From: Eledone cirrhosa
Lineage: Eukaryota
DNA: 64,000 bases
Direction: 5' to 3'
Assembly (NCBI GenBank): GCA_964016885.1
Contig: OZ024741.1
Coordinates: 336,970,001-337,034,000, forward strand
The first letter of the stretch is position 1. The number at the start of each line of letters is the position of its first letter. The notes beneath the pieces are model-generated. The model was not told where the DNA came from. It did not search any database and saw only the letters and a program-made list of their open reading frames with translations. The position numbers and the translations under genes were made by a program. Shown in pieces: positions 42,901-57,580 of this stretch.

Positions 42901-42946
42901 GGCTTTGATAAGCATCAATAAATGCAGAAACAAGGCCTTGTCAGCT
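42901..42946 (+). ncRNA. Type-I hammerhead, U3-A8 variant, extended stem I
   Basis: GGCU-UUGAUAA-GCAU-CAAUAA-AUGC-A-GAAA-CAAGGCCUUG-UC-AGCU, closed by tcagcaaacggga / cccctgtttgctga. Confidence 0.7.
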
Positions 42947-43103
42947 TTATCTCCCCCTGTTTGCTGAAATTAAAGTAAGTGAGTCTGTCACTACTCTAAA
43001 ACAATAGCATAAGGTCTTCAAAATGCTTTTTATTAAGCATACAGTGTATTGCAAAATACACTATATATACATTCATATATATATAGCTATTTCAGAGCAA
43101 CAA

Positions 43104-43167
<64 letters not shown>

Positions 43168-43449
43168 TGTATATATAATGTATTTGGTAATACACTGTAT
43201 GCTTAATTAAAAGCATTTTGAAGACCTTACGCTATTGTTTTAAAGTAGTGACTATGTCACTTACTTCTTTTTTCAACAAACAAAGGGAGATGAGCTGATA
43301 GATCTCTGTTTCATACTGTTGGTATTCCTCAGAGCTAAGCACTCCCTTTTTGTTGGACCGGCAACCGCTCTGTATAATCAGTTCCTGATTATTACTGGAA
43401 TTCTATAAGATTCCAACATTCATAATTTTCAACAAACAAAGGGAGTGCT

Positions 43450-43495
43450 AAGCTCTGAGGAATACCAACAGTATGAAACAGAGATCTATCAGCTT
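43450..43495 (+). ncRNA. Type-I hammerhead, extended stem I
   Basis: AAGCU-CUGAGGA-AUAC-CAACA-GUAU-GAAA-CAGAGAUCUA-UC-AGCUU within a 20-bp outer stem ttttcaacaaacaaagggag / ctccctttgtttgttgaaaa. Confidence 0.72.
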
Positions 43496-44534
43496 ATCTC
43501 CCTTTGTTTGTTGAAAAAAGAAGTAAGTGACATAGTCACTACTTTAAAACAATAGCGTAAGGTCTTCAAAATGCTTTTAATTAAGCATACAGTGTATTAC
43601 CAAATACATTATATATACATTCATATATATACATCGCTATTTCAGAGCACCAATTCTAATTTTCAATTTCTGATGGACCGGCAACCGCTCTGTATAATCA
43701 GTTCCTGATTATTCCTGGAATTCTATAAGAATTCAACATTCATAATTTTCAACAAACAAAGGGAGTGCTAAACTCTGAGGAATACCAACAGTATGAAACA
43801 GAGCTCTGAGGAATACCAACAGTATGAAACAGAGCTCCCTTTGTTTGTTGAAAAAAGAAGTAAGTCACATAGTCACTACTTTAAAACAATAGCGTAAAGT
43901 CTTCAACATGCTTTTAATTAAGCATACAGTGTATTACCAAATACACTATATATACATTCATATATATATATCGCTATTTCAGAGCACTAATTCTAATTTT
44001 CATATATATATAGGTCAGGATCGAAAAATTTCAGAAAGCTACTCTCACTATTGACAACAAAATGTTTTTCCTTATGTACAAATGGATGATTGTATGACAT
44101 CTGTGGGCAAAGTGTGATGCAGCATAGAGAAGCTTGGGCTGTGATTGCAGAGGACATGTGTAGACTGGAGCAGGATGAATCACAAATTCTTCGATGGATA
44201 TGCAATGTAAATGTGTGAGAAAAGAAAGCAGAGCTTGGACGAGCTGAGTAAGGAACTGGGTTTAAGAGGAATCCGTAGTGGTGTGCAGGAGAGAAGTCTG
44301 CACCGGTATGGACTTGTGATTCACAAGGAAAATGCCAGTGTAAAGAAGATGAAGTAGAGGTAGACAAAGACCTGGGCAGAGATGTTGAGAGCTGACCTCA
44401 AATCACAGAAATTCCCAAAAGAGATGACGAAGGAACATGGCAAGTGGAAAAATGGTGTGCTGAGAAGGAATCATCCAACCCACGCAAGCATGGAAAAATG
44501 GACGTAAAACAATGATGATGTATATATGTATATA

Positions 44535-45477
44535 TACTCTGCCCCAAATGCAAACAATTGGTACACAAGAGATGTAGTGGGATCTCAGGAACTTTAACTA
44601 AGAATGTAGGCTTCATATATTGCAGCTGTGCTGGGACAGCAAACAGCGAACGACCACAGGAAACAAGTACCACTAATCTCTGGGAGGGCTCTGTAGAAAC
44701 AGTAGACAGCTTCTACTACCTAGGTGACCAAATTAGCAGCGGAGGTGGGTGTTCGGAAAGTACAATAACTAGGGTGAGAACGGGATGGAAGAAGTTCAGG
44801 GAGCTACTGCCACTGCTAGCTGCAAAAGGCTTTTCCCTCAAAATGAAAGGCAGACTGTATGATGCGTGTATACGAACACCAATGTTACATGGAAGTGAAA
44901 CCTGGGCGCTGTCTGTAGAAGACTTGCGCAGTTTAGAAAGAAACGAAGCTTGCATGCTCCGATGGATGTGTAATAGTAATATACGCAAATGGCAAAATAT
45001 AAACAAATTGAGAGAGAGACTGAGCATAAGAGGAATCAAATGCTGTGTGCAGGAGAGGATTTTATGTTGGTATGGACATGTGATGCGTATGAAGGATGAC
45101 AGCTGCATAAAAAGGTGCAGAGCACTAGAAGTCAATGGAAACTGCGGAATGGGGAGACCCAAGAAGACATGGGATGAGGTGATAAAAGCCGACCTTACCC
45201 AATTGCACCTCTCAAAGACAATGACACATGACCGTGACCTCTGGCGGCACGCAGTAATACAGACTACCCGACCTCCCATGGGTACAAGCCGAAGCTGAAG
45301 CATATAGAAAATATGCCCCCACAACGTCCCACTGCAAAGTAGTCGTGGAGGTGCCGCGGCAAAAAAGCACCCAGCCCACACTGTAAAGTGGTTGTTGAGG
45401 TGCCATGGCAAAAAAGCATCCAGCACACACTGTAAATAAGTTTGGTGTAAGGAAGAGCATCCAGCTGTAGAAATCAT
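44535..45477 (+). mobile_element. RTE-clade LINE 3' fragment
   Basis: WVHKRCSGI, FYYLGD, MLHGSETW, WYGHVMR, GRPKKTW (ORF 44558-45298). Confidence 0.9.
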
Positions 45478-45753
45478 CATCGTTTAATGTCTATCTTCTA
45501 CGCTAGCATGGGTTAGACGTGAGTTGTCTCACTTGAGGCAAGCTTGGTCGGGTGACCGTGTCTTGCTCGTATAGGACCATCTTGCAGGTTTTCTATGGCT
45601 GAATGCCCTTCCTAACACCAACCACATTTACAGTGTGGACTGGGAGCTTTTTACCGTGTTGCCTACACGACCTCATTACAGCGTGGACTGTTTTTTGTCA
45701 TATATATATATATTGTATGTATTTAAATATATATGTATATCTATAGATGTATA

Positions 45754-45815
<62 letters not shown>

Positions 45816-46380
45816 GTACCTATCATCATCATCATCATCATCGTCATCGTTTAACGTCCATCTTCCACGCTTGCATGGGTTTGGACGGGAATTTTCCCAC
45901 TTGAGGCAAGATTGGTTGACTTGCTCGTATAGGACTGTCTGGCGGGTTTTCTACGGCTGGATGCCCTTCCCAACACCAATCACGTTTACAGTATGGACTG
46001 GGAGGTTTTTACCGTGTTACCTACACGGCCACATTACAGTGTGGACCGTGTGTTTTTTTTGTCATGACACCTACACGACCTCATTTGTTTCGGCCTGGAT
46101 GTTGTGGTACCAACATAACTTTGCATGAAAGGGGTAGTGTGGATGGGGTGGGGCTAGTGGGACGGGGGTGTATTTTTGTTAGAGGTGCCTACTGACTGTA
46201 GGTTTCGCTTTGTACTTAGGCAAGGCGGGTCTTCTGTATTACTGTGTATCGCCAAAGATCTCGGTCCAGTGACATTGTCTTGGAGAGGTGTAAGTGTGTG
46301 AGGTCGGGATTTATCAAGTCGTCCCAGGTTTTTCTGGGTCTACCTACTCTCGTGGCTACCGTCTATTTTTATCGCCCATA
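45475..46380 (-). mobile_element. RTE 3' ends/tails (also 51300-52010)
   Basis: (CAT)n tail plus tttaacgtcc..ttccacgc..gcatggg; 45825-46375 nearly duplicates 51320-51872. Confidence 0.75.
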
Positions 46381-46435
46381 TATATATACCTAAATCACTC
46401 TCTCTCTATATATATAAATAAATTACCTTTTACAT

Positions 46436-46558
<123 letters not shown>

Positions 46559-46569
46559 CAATGATATAA

Positions 46570-46920
46570 AATAAATGGAAACTATAATTATAAAACCATA
46601 TTTATTCTATTATATATATTTCAAGAGTACCAAAAACTTTCGTACGCTTTCATCAGATAAAATACAAAGTGTGTTTTATAAATTTTGACATAGCCAAGGA
46701 GCATACCTTATCAGTTAAAGTATTCCTTGGATAGTTGAAGTATTCCTTGTTGAAGTATTCCTTGAAAGAGTACCAAATTTTTGCTACCCTTGAAATATAT
46801 ATAATATAATAAATATGGTTTTATAAATATAGTTTCCATTTATTTAATATCATTGAATATTTACTCCAGGAAACTGTTGAGTGCTTTGAATCAGTTATAA
46901 ACAAAATGAATTACCAACAA
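46570..46920. mobile_element. Family-D foldback with HHR at 46604-46663 (-)
   Basis: Inverted arms aaatggaaactata...; CUGAUGA..GAAA-UAUAUA-UA on the minus strand. Confidence 0.75.
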
Positions 46921-47159
46921 ATTGAATATCCCTTCTGCTTATATATTTATATATATATATAAGTATATGTCTCTATATATATGATGTTATTAAGCTTATA
47001 TTTGCATAAATCCTATAAATGACATATTTTTGTATATAAGTACATACATAAATATATATGTACAGACACAGACACACACACATATATATATTTGTGTGTG
47101 TGTATATACATATTTCTATACTTGCATTTACACAAACTCTCATATATAAAATATACATC

Positions 47160-47503
47160 ATTTCATCATCATCATTTCATTTTACGTCCGCTTTTCCCTG
47201 CTTGCAAGGGTGGGACGGGAACTGATTCTGGCTTGATTTCTACAGCTGGATGCCCTTCCTAACACCAACCTTATTTACAGTGAGTGCTGGGTGCTTTTTT
47301 GCCGTGGCGCCTACACGTCCACTTTGCAGTGGAATGATAGGGAACCCAGTCCCTATTATCTCATTTCTACAGCTGAGTAAACTGGAGCAACGTGAAATAA
47401 AGTGTCTTGCTCAAGGAAACAACACATCACCCGGTCTGAGAATTGAACTCACAACCTTTCGATTGCAAGGCCAATGGTCTAACCACTAAGCCATGTGTCT
47501 CCA
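47160..47503 (-). mobile_element. tRNA-headed SINE with RTE-derived tail
   Basis: Head tggcttagtggttag...gagttcaattct; 3' ggtgttaggaagggcatccagctgtagaaa and (ATG)n shared with RTE ends. Confidence 0.85.
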
Positions 47504-47794
47504 TACATAGATGTGTATATAACCGCAGACAAACATTTCTCTCTAAATAGAAAGTGTATCTATGCCTCTAAGTTAAAACACTTGAAACAAATCACATTTG
47601 TAATGATTTCCTTTTGCTGGGATCAAGGTCTCGATATTTTTCTTTGATAATGAGCAGAGTTATAGTTGACTAAAAGAATATATTTCAAAGATTCTTGTAT
47701 GCTTTGGGTTGGTAAATATGAGTCATCAATCTCGATATTCTAAAGCCTTCCACTCTTTCCATTTTCAGCTCCCTACACTCTCCCCTAAATATAT

Positions 47795-47876
<82 letters not shown>

Positions 47877-47887
47877 ATATATATGTA

Positions 47888-47978
<91 letters not shown>

Positions 47979-48102
47979 TCATCATCATCATCATTTTACG
48001 TCCGTTTTCCCTGTATGTATATATATATACATATATATATTTACATATACATATATATACATATATATATATACATATATATATACATATATACATATAT
48101 AT

Positions 48103-48608
<506 letters not shown>

Positions 48609-48629
48609 GTATATACATATATATATATA

Positions 48630-49230
48630 TTTATTAAAATAACAGATTAAAGTTTAAGCAAAGAATCGCTGCTTTCACCCTTAACAGGATCTTCTGAAAC
48701 TAAAAATATCAATCTGTGAACGCAGAAGTAAATATTTTGAAAAACGTTGCAACCGAAGGAAGACAAGAAGACGATACTTTGGTACGTGGAAAAGTTCCCT
48801 GGCAAAGAATGGAAAAAAACGAAAATAATACGTCATAATTAGGAGCGGGGAAAACAATTTCATCGCTCCTAGTTATGACGTATTGTTTTCGTTTTTTTCG
48901 ATAAAATAAAGTACCAGTAATACACTGGGTAATTTGCTGGCCTTGTGCCTAACGTAGAAACAATTATTTTCGTTTTTTTCCGTTCTTTGCCAGGGAATGT
49001 TTCCACGAACCAAAGTATCGTCTTCCTGTCTTCCTTCGGTTGCAACGTTTTTCAAAATATTTACTTCTGCGTTCACAGATTGATATTTTTAGTTTCAGAA
49101 GATCCTGTTAAGGGTGAAAGCAGCGATTCTTTGCTTAAACTTTAATCTGTTATTTTAATAAATATTTGCTCTATTTGTTCTTATATATTTGATATATATT
49201 TATCCTTATCGAGCCCTCTTTGGATTTTAG
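48630..49230. mobile_element. Family-B foldback with HHR-like motifs at 48651-48701 (-) and 49091-49141 (+)
   Basis: Inverted ~200-bp arms around a SINE fragment; homologous to 25040-25762. Confidence 0.8.
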
Positions 49231-49249
49231 TCTCCATATTTATTATTAT

Positions 49250-49343
<94 letters not shown>

Positions 49344-49382
49344 ATTAAATAAATGGAAAACTATATTTATAAAACCATATTT

Positions 49383-49446
49383 ATTTCATTATATATATTT
49401 CGGGGATATCATATTAACAATATGCTATGCCTTCATCAGACAAAAT
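49383..49446 (-). ncRNA. Hammerhead motif (family-D relative)
   Basis: AUUUUGU-CUGAUGA-AGGCAUAGCAUAUUGUUAAUAUGAUAUCCCC-GAAA-UAUAUA-UA-AUGAAAU. Confidence 0.6.
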
Positions 49447-49810
49447 ACAATATAAACAGTTTTATAGATAAATATATTCGACATACCGTAATAAACATCA
49501 ACTTCATTTGAAGAGGTTTAGTCTAGCAGTGAAAATACAGAGAGAAAGAAAGAGAGAAAGAAAAGAGGGAAAAAACGAAAGAAAGAAAGACAGAACGAAG
49601 AAAAGGAAGAAAAAGAAGAAAAAGAAAAAGAAGAAATGCATGGAACAAAATAGAGAGATGGAAAAATAGATAAAGTGAAGAGCTTCATGTAAAGAGACAG
49701 AAAGATATATATATATAGAGAGAGAGAGGAAATAGAGATAGATACATATATATATATATAGAAAATTAGGTAGTGGGAGGTCATTTTGAGTAAGTGTATC
49801 AATGATACAT

Positions 49811-49849
<39 letters not shown>

Positions 49850-50329
49850 GCTCAAGTATTAATGTAAGGGAGATATATAGAGAGATATAGAGAGATATAG
49901 AGAGATATAGAGAGAGAAAAAAATTTAAAAATATCCAGACATATTCGAGGCGTAGAAAACCCTATGTTTTAATGTATTAGTATTTATAAAACTTACACTA
50001 CACTGTAAATATCAGTATTCCTGAATGAAACAAGTATTCACAATGTGTGAAAATTGATTATCTTATGTTTAGTTTTAAAAATTCATATGTCTATGTGACA
50101 GCTACAAATCTCAATGTGAATCCAACTGATTCACTTCGCAAACTCTAAGTTATCGGAAAACATTCTCAATGTGGTATAAAAATTTGAGCGTATTATTATT
50201 CTTGCGATTACTCTACAAGATTATCTATCAAGCAGAAATAGAGAGCAGATTTCAATATACTAATCGAAAATATATATTATATTATAAACATAATAATAAG
50301 TAAAAATATAGAATAGAAAACTAAAAAAA

Positions 50330-50690
50330 TATTACGAAAGAATATTACATAATAAAAATATTGCATATTAAAAATACTACGTATTAAAAAATATTACGTA
50401 TTAAAGATTTACATATAAAAATTTACATATAAAAATATACATATAAAAATTTACATATAAAAATTTACATATAAAAATATATAAAAATATTTAAAAAAAA
50501 AATAATTAAAAAAAAAAAAAAAAAAAAAAAATATTAAAAAAATAAAAATATTAAAAAAATAAAAATATTATAGAATACTACAATACTAAAAGAATAAAAG
50601 TAAAAATAAAAATAAAAATAAAAATAAAAATAAAAATAAAAATAAAAATAAAAATAAAAATGAAAATAAAAATAAAAATAAAAATAAACC
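50330..50690. repeat. A-rich low-complexity/minisatellite ((AAAAAT)n, aaaaatttacatat units)
   Basis: Direct inspection. Confidence 0.85.
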
Positions 50691-51232
50691 ACAAAAAAAC
50701 AACCCTTCAAAGTTAATTGACAATATATTGCCACGTTCACTACAAGACAAAGCCAAAAATTATCTATCAAATCACATCTAGCAAAGAATATCGTAAAAAG
50801 ATTATGATGTCCAATTATGTCTACATATGTTCCTATGTTTAATATAGAAGTTTATCTAGTGTAAGGTTAATTCAAAAAATTTGGAGCATCGGCTTTTAGG
50901 GTAGCTTAATTTTTCATGAGGAATGTTTAGATAAAAATAAAAATAAAAATAAATAAAATAAAATAAACAATAAAAAGAGTAAAACGAGGGAATCAAAGAT
51001 TTAGGAATCAAAAGATTTATCGGCTAGTTCTCATATAAATATAAATCAAACTAAATATACTACATTTTAAATTTAAATTTATATTTAAACGTTGAGTTTA
51101 ATCTATGTTTGCAACAACTGAATAAATTTGTCCGTAGGTTAAATTGTAAATATACTCCAAATATTTGTCGAGTGCTTTTATATCAGTTATAAATATTTAC
51201 TAGTTGTAACCCAACAATTTTAAATATAACTT

Positions 51233-51271
<39 letters not shown>

Positions 51272-51297
51272 ATATGTATTTATACATACATATATAT

Positions 51298-51339
<42 letters not shown>

Positions 51340-52009
51340 GTTTAACGTTCATCTTCCACGCTTGCATGGGTTTGGACAGGAATTTTCCCGCTTGAGGCAA
51401 GATTGGTTGTCTTGCTCGTATAAGACTGTCTGGCGGGTTTTCTACGGCTGGATGCCCTTCCTAACACCAACCACATTTACAGTGTGGACTGGGAGGTTTT
51501 TACCGTGTTACCTACACGGCCACATTACAGCGTGGACTGTGTGTTTTTTTGTCGTGACACCTACACGACCTCATTTATTTTGGGCTGGAGGTTGTGGTAC
51601 CAACATAACTTAACTTTACGTCGAAAGGGGTGGTGTGGATGGGGTGGGGATAGTGGGACGGGGGTGTATTTTTGTTAAGAGGTGCCTACTGACTGTAGGT
51701 TTCGCTTTGTACTTAGGCAAGGCGGGTCTTCTGTATTACTGTGTAGCGTCAAAGATCTCGGTCCAGTGACATTGTCTTGGAGAGGTGTAAATGTGTGAGG
51801 TCGGAATTTATCAAGTCCTCCCAGGTTTTTCAGGGTCTGCCTACTCTGTGGCTACCGTCTATTTTTATCGCCCTGCACTTTTTTATACAGCTGTCATCTT
51901 TCATGCGCATCACGTGACCATACCAACGTAGTCTTCTCTCGAGTAAACAACATCTGATCCCTCTTATTCTTATTTTTCCCTTAGTTCATTTATGCTTTGT
52001 CGTGTGTAC

Positions 52010-54300
52010 CATCATCACCGTTTTACGTCCGTTCTTCCACGCTAGCATGGGTTAGACGGGTTGTCCTGTTGTGGGCAGTGTCTGGTCGGCTGACCATGCC
52101 TCGCTCATACAGGAAGTGTTTTGGCTTGATTTCTACAGCTGGATGCCCTTCCTAACACCAACCTCATTTACAGTGAGTGCTGGGTGCTTTTTCGTGGCGC
52201 CTACACGTCCACTTTACAGTGTGGGCTGGGTGCTCTTTTTTGCCGTGGCACCTCCACGACCACCTTGCGGTGGGGGGTGTGGGGGCATATTGTCTATATG
52301 CTTCAGCTTGTACCCATGGGAGGTCGGGTACTCTGTATTACTGCATGACGCCAGAAGTCACGGTCGTGTGTCATTGTCTTTGAGAGGTGCAATTGGGTAA
52401 GGTCGGCTTTTATCACCTCATACCAGGTCATCTTGGGTCTCCCCACTCCGTGGTTTCCATCAACTTCTAGTGCTCTGCACCTTTTTATGCAGCTGTCATC
52501 CTTCATACGCATCACATGTCCATACCAGCGCAACCGCCTCTCCTGCACACAGCATTTGATTCCTCTTATGCTCAGTCTCTCTCTCAATTCATTTATGCTT
52601 TGTCGTTCACGTATATTACTGTTACACATCCATCGGAGCATGCAGGCTTCGTTTCTCTCTAATCTACGTAAGTCTTCCACCTTCAGCGCCCAGGTCTCAC
52701 TACCATGCAACATCGCTGTTCAGATACACGCATCATACAGTCTGCCTTTCATTCTGAGGGAGAAGCCTTTTGCAGCTAGCAGAGTAGTAGTTCCCTAAAC
52801 TTCTTCCATCCCGTTCTTACCCTAGTTATTGTACTTTCTGAACACCCACCTCCGCTGCTAATTCAGTCACCTAGGTAGAAGAAGCTGTCTACTGTTTCTA
52901 CAGGGCCCTCCCAGAAATTGGTGGTATTTGTTTCCTGTGGCTGTTTGCTGCTTGCTGTCTCAGCATAGCTGCTGCATGTGAATCCTACATTCTTAATTAA
53001 GCTTCCTGAGATCCCGCTACATCTCTTGTGAACCCATTGTTTGCATTTGGGGCAGAGAATGGAGTTCCTACCTACACCTTTCCTACATACTGAGCAAGGC
53101 CATTTCCCTGAGGGGATCTGGGTTCTGTTTTCTTGTCTACTTACAAGGACCTTAGTCTTTGTCATGTTGACTTTGAGACCCTTTCTTTCTAGTCCCTGCT
53201 TCCAAGTTTGGAATTTATTCTCTAGTTCTACCATAGATTCAGCTATGAGTGCGAGGTCATCAGCATACAGGAGTTCCTATGGGCATCCGGTCTTACACTC
53301 CTCCGTTATTGCCTGCAGGACTATGATGAACAGGAGAGGGCTAAGAACAGAGCCCTGGTGGACCCCAACCTGTACGCTAAATTCCTCGCTATACTCATTG
53401 CTAATCCTAACTTTGCTGACTGCTCCCCTATACATGGCTTGTACCACTTTCACAAGCTATTCATCTACTCCTAGTTTTCTAAGAGCCCACCAGATTACAG
53501 AACGTGGAACTCTGACAAAGGCTTTCTCAAGGTCGACAAATGCCAAGTAGAGTGGCTTACTTTTAGCTAGGTACTTTTCCTGTAATTGCCTCACAAGGAA
53601 GAGGGCATCAGTGGTGCCTCTCCCTGGTACAAACCCAAATTGCATCTCGTCTATTTTCACCCGGTCCCTAATCAGCTGTGCTATAACTCTTTCTGTTACT
53701 TTCATGACCTGGTCCATCAACTTTATACCTCTATAGTTTCCTCTATCTAGTGCATCGCCTTTACCTTTGTAGCAGTTGACAATGATGCTACTGCACCAAT
53801 CTTTTGGTATGGCACCTTCTAGTATTACCTGGTTAACGATACGTGTGGTTATAGTGTGACCTACAGACCCAGATGCCTTCAGCATCTCGGCAGCTATACC
53901 CGATGGACCGGTTGCCTTCCCCATCTTCATATCTTTGATTGCCTTACTTACTACGCTGCTGCTGACTTGTACTGCTGGTCCCACTATAGGGTCTACTTGG
54001 GGTAGAGTCTCTTCTTCCCATGCATTCTCCTCATTTAGTAATCTATCATAATGACTCTTCCATGCATCTTTCTTCTCAGCACTTGTGAGGGCAAGCTCAC
54101 CTTTATCATTCCGGATACACTTCTCTCCAATGACATCACAACTATCTCTGACACACTGCCTCACAATCTTGAATACCTCCTGTTTCTGGTCCTCACGTTG
54201 CAAAACATGCTTGAATTTTCTATCGTCTGCTTCCCTCCTAGCTAAGTATACTTGTCGCCTAGCTTCCCTCTTGGTTTCTATGTAATGTACCCTGCTCCCC
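52010..54300 (-). mobile_element. 5'-truncated RTE-clade LINE (RT with Cys/His finger insert)
   Basis: NYRGIKL, QFGFVPGRGTTDA, FVDLEKAF, LYADDL, WPCSVCRKGVGRNSILCPKCKQWVHKRC, LRWYGHV; stops and frameshifts. Confidence 0.93.
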
Positions 54301-54419
54301 CCATGTATATGTTTGTATATATACATACATATATATTTATATATATATATATATACATATCATCATATACATCATCATCATATATATACATATATATATA
54401 TATATGTATGTATAAATAC

Positions 54420-54469
<50 letters not shown>

Positions 54470-55603
54470 GTGTTTGTGTATATAATTAAGCATAAATGCA
54501 GGCATATATAACACATACTTTCTTTTAGGTTCAAGTGTTTGGGAGCATTTGCACAGATAATGGGACCCCATACAATGGTAGAAATATTTTTGTATTTTGA
54601 GAAACAGATTTTATTGCTACTGTCAGCTCTTCAACTGCTTAAAGACCATATGTTATATGATCTGGCTGTAAATAGCATTGTGTTTCTACTTTTTACTTTT
54701 GATTCCATAATCATTTGGATCACTGAAAAAATTATTATACAAATAAACAAGCATACTGATTTCTTTGAAAGAAATTATTATGCAGGAAATTCACTTTTTT
54801 TTGTGTATAACTTTTCTGGATCTGAAGTAGCAATTTAGGTTTTCATAAATGTTTATGGGAGATTGATTCCTGCTTTCTACATAGATTAAGTGTTTGGGAG
54901 AAATAATGCAAGAATGATTATGCTTTAAGTAAAACATTGTGGCAGTTGGTTTATGAGACAGGAAAACATAAAAAAAAAATAAAAAATAAGGATATTGGCA
55001 AAGAATGTAGAAATTCTGGCTAATTATTCAATAAAGAGAAGCTTAAGATGTATATATTGTATAACGTTTTGCAGAGAGTATTTTTGTATTATGTACGATG
55101 TTGGTTGAAGTAAGAATCAGTTGATCTAGCTATGCATTGGTGATTTCAATGGAAATGTTAATGTAATATGTTGGCTAAGGTAAAATTCTATACCTAAAGA
55201 GTATGTAATAAATACAAATTTGACAATGACCTAAAGAAGCTGCCGAAATCCGATTCTCTTTTATAGACATACATGTCCCTATATATACACACATATGAAT
55301 ATATGCATATACTGATGGTCTTTAAAAACAAATAACAATATGCATTTATGCATATATATAAATATATATAAATATATATATATGTGTGTGTATAGATATA
55401 TATATATAAATTGGTATAGTGTCTGTTTGTATGTAAATGTTTATATATATATACATATATATATAAATAAATATATATCACAGAAAAAAGAGAATCTGTG
55501 TTGCGACGAAAGGAATTTATTGGCCATATTACAATTGTTTCTCAAGCGACCAGCTCATACAGCCTACTGCATATGGACACTTTAAGCATCCAACACCAAT
55601 TAA

Positions 55604-55640
<37 letters not shown>

Positions 55641-55643
<3 letters not shown>

Positions 55644-55865
55644 GGTGAGCCAAATTTCCTGACTCACTTGATTATTTATAGATCTATTAACACCAAATGT
55701 TATAAAACAAGTTAAGGGATATAATACCATATACCGGCATAAGATCATGAACAAGATACGGTAATCACACAAATGTACACATTTAATTAATGCGCTGCTT
55801 AGTTAAATCGGTTTTCCATTTAAAAATATAACTAACAAGCGAGTCAGGAATTCTGGTCCACCCTG
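55641..55865. mobile_element. Tc1/mariner-type MITE
   Basis: TA|cagggtg...tcctgactcacttg ... caagcgagtcagga...caccctg|TA. Confidence 0.8.
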
Positions 55866-56117
55866 TATATATATATATATATATTTATGTATATGTATGC
55901 AAAATGTAGATCAGAAGTTAAAATGAGGGTAGCCACAGTTAAAAAGGTACTCAATACATTGGTAGCATGTAAACATTTAATATAGCAATGGCTTCTACAG
56001 GACTAGAATATTTCATTCATATGAAATCATCTCCTGATGATATATAAATATATATATTCATACACACACACACACACATATGTAGTAATATATATATATA
56101 TATATATATACACAGAC

Positions 56118-56512
56118 ATCATCATCATCATCATCATCATTTTACGTGCGCTTTTCCCTGCTTGCAAGGGTGGGACGGGAACTGATTCTGGCTTGATTTC
56201 TACAGCTGGATGCCATTCCTAACACCAACCTCATTTACAGTGAGTGCTGGGTGCTTTTTTTCCATGGCGCCTACACGCCCACTTTACAGTGTGGGCTGGG
56301 TGCTTTTTTTGCCGTGGCACCTCCATGGCCACTTTGCAGTGGAATGATAGGGACCCCAGTCCTATCATCTCATTTCTACAGCTGAGTAAACTGGAGCAAT
56401 GTGAAATAAAATGTCTTGCTCAAGGAAACAACACATCACCCAGTCTGAGAATTGAACTCACAACCTTTCAATTGCAAGGCCAATGCTCTAACCACTAAGC
56501 CATGTGCCTCCA
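56118..56512 (-). mobile_element. tRNA-headed SINE with RTE-derived tail
   Basis: Same family as 47160-47503. Confidence 0.85.
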
Positions 56513-56899
56513 TGACATATACATATTAATCAGTGTTGTTTGATCGAGCAATTAACAAACTGTGGTGTAGTCAAACATCAGTAATTCACCACGTGGGTAC
56601 CTTAATGTGGGTATCTTATATGGTATCTGATGGAGTGTTGATATAATAAAAAAGAGAAGTGAGGGTATCACATATACATTAACAGTTTATTACATCATCC
56701 TGCTATGCATCACAGGATGATGTAATAAGCTGTTAATGTATACATGAAAATATCTCTCTTCTTTTTTATTATATATATATATTTCTTTTTATTATGAAAA
56801 TCTGAATCAGTTGGGGTTTAGAACCCAATGAAACTTAAGAACCTGTTTATGTCACTATTGTAATTTATATATATATATGTATATATATATGTATATATA

Positions 56900-56974
<75 letters not shown>

Positions 56975-57142
56975 ACGAAGGAAGTCTGGTAAGGAAAAAG
57001 GTGGACCATAACGCACCAGAGTACTCGATACTTTGGGTAGTAGAGTGGGTAATAGGAAAAGAGTCAGGGCCCCAACGGCTGAGTTCTGGCCGTTTTGACA
57101 GCTATGTTCATGTATATATATATATAAATCAATGATATTCAT

Positions 57143-57520
57143 GAATGGAAACTATATTTATAAAACCAGATTTATTCTATTATATATATTTCAAGTGTAC
57201 CAAAACTTTGGTACGCTCTCATCAGATAAAATACAAAGTTTGTTTTATAAATATTGACATATCCAGGAAGGAGATCTTAACAGTTCAAGTTTTTCCTGCA
57301 TGTCAATATTTATAAAACAAACTTTGTATTTTATCTGATGAGAGCGTGCCAAAGTTTTGGTACCCCTGAAATATATATAATAGAATAAATATGGTTTTAT
57401 AAATATAGTTTCCATTTATTAATATCATTGATATTATACTCGAGAAAACTTGTTGAATGCTTCGAATCATTATAAACATATATATTTGTTGAATTACCAA
57501 CAAATTATATATTCTTTTTG
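57143..57520. mobile_element. Family-D foldback with HHRs at 57174-57232 (-) and 57328-57386 (+)
   Basis: AUUUUAU-CUGAUGA-GAGCGUGCCAAA-GU-UUUGGUACCCCU-GAAA-UAUAUA-UA-AUAGAAU; arms 57144-57260 / 57300-57416. Confidence 0.82.

Positions 57521-57580
<60 letters not shown>

Noticed and set aside
54529-54838. Candidate exon after cttttAG (also 63455-63506)
   Set aside because: Splice-like signals only; no recognisable product or consistent exon chain
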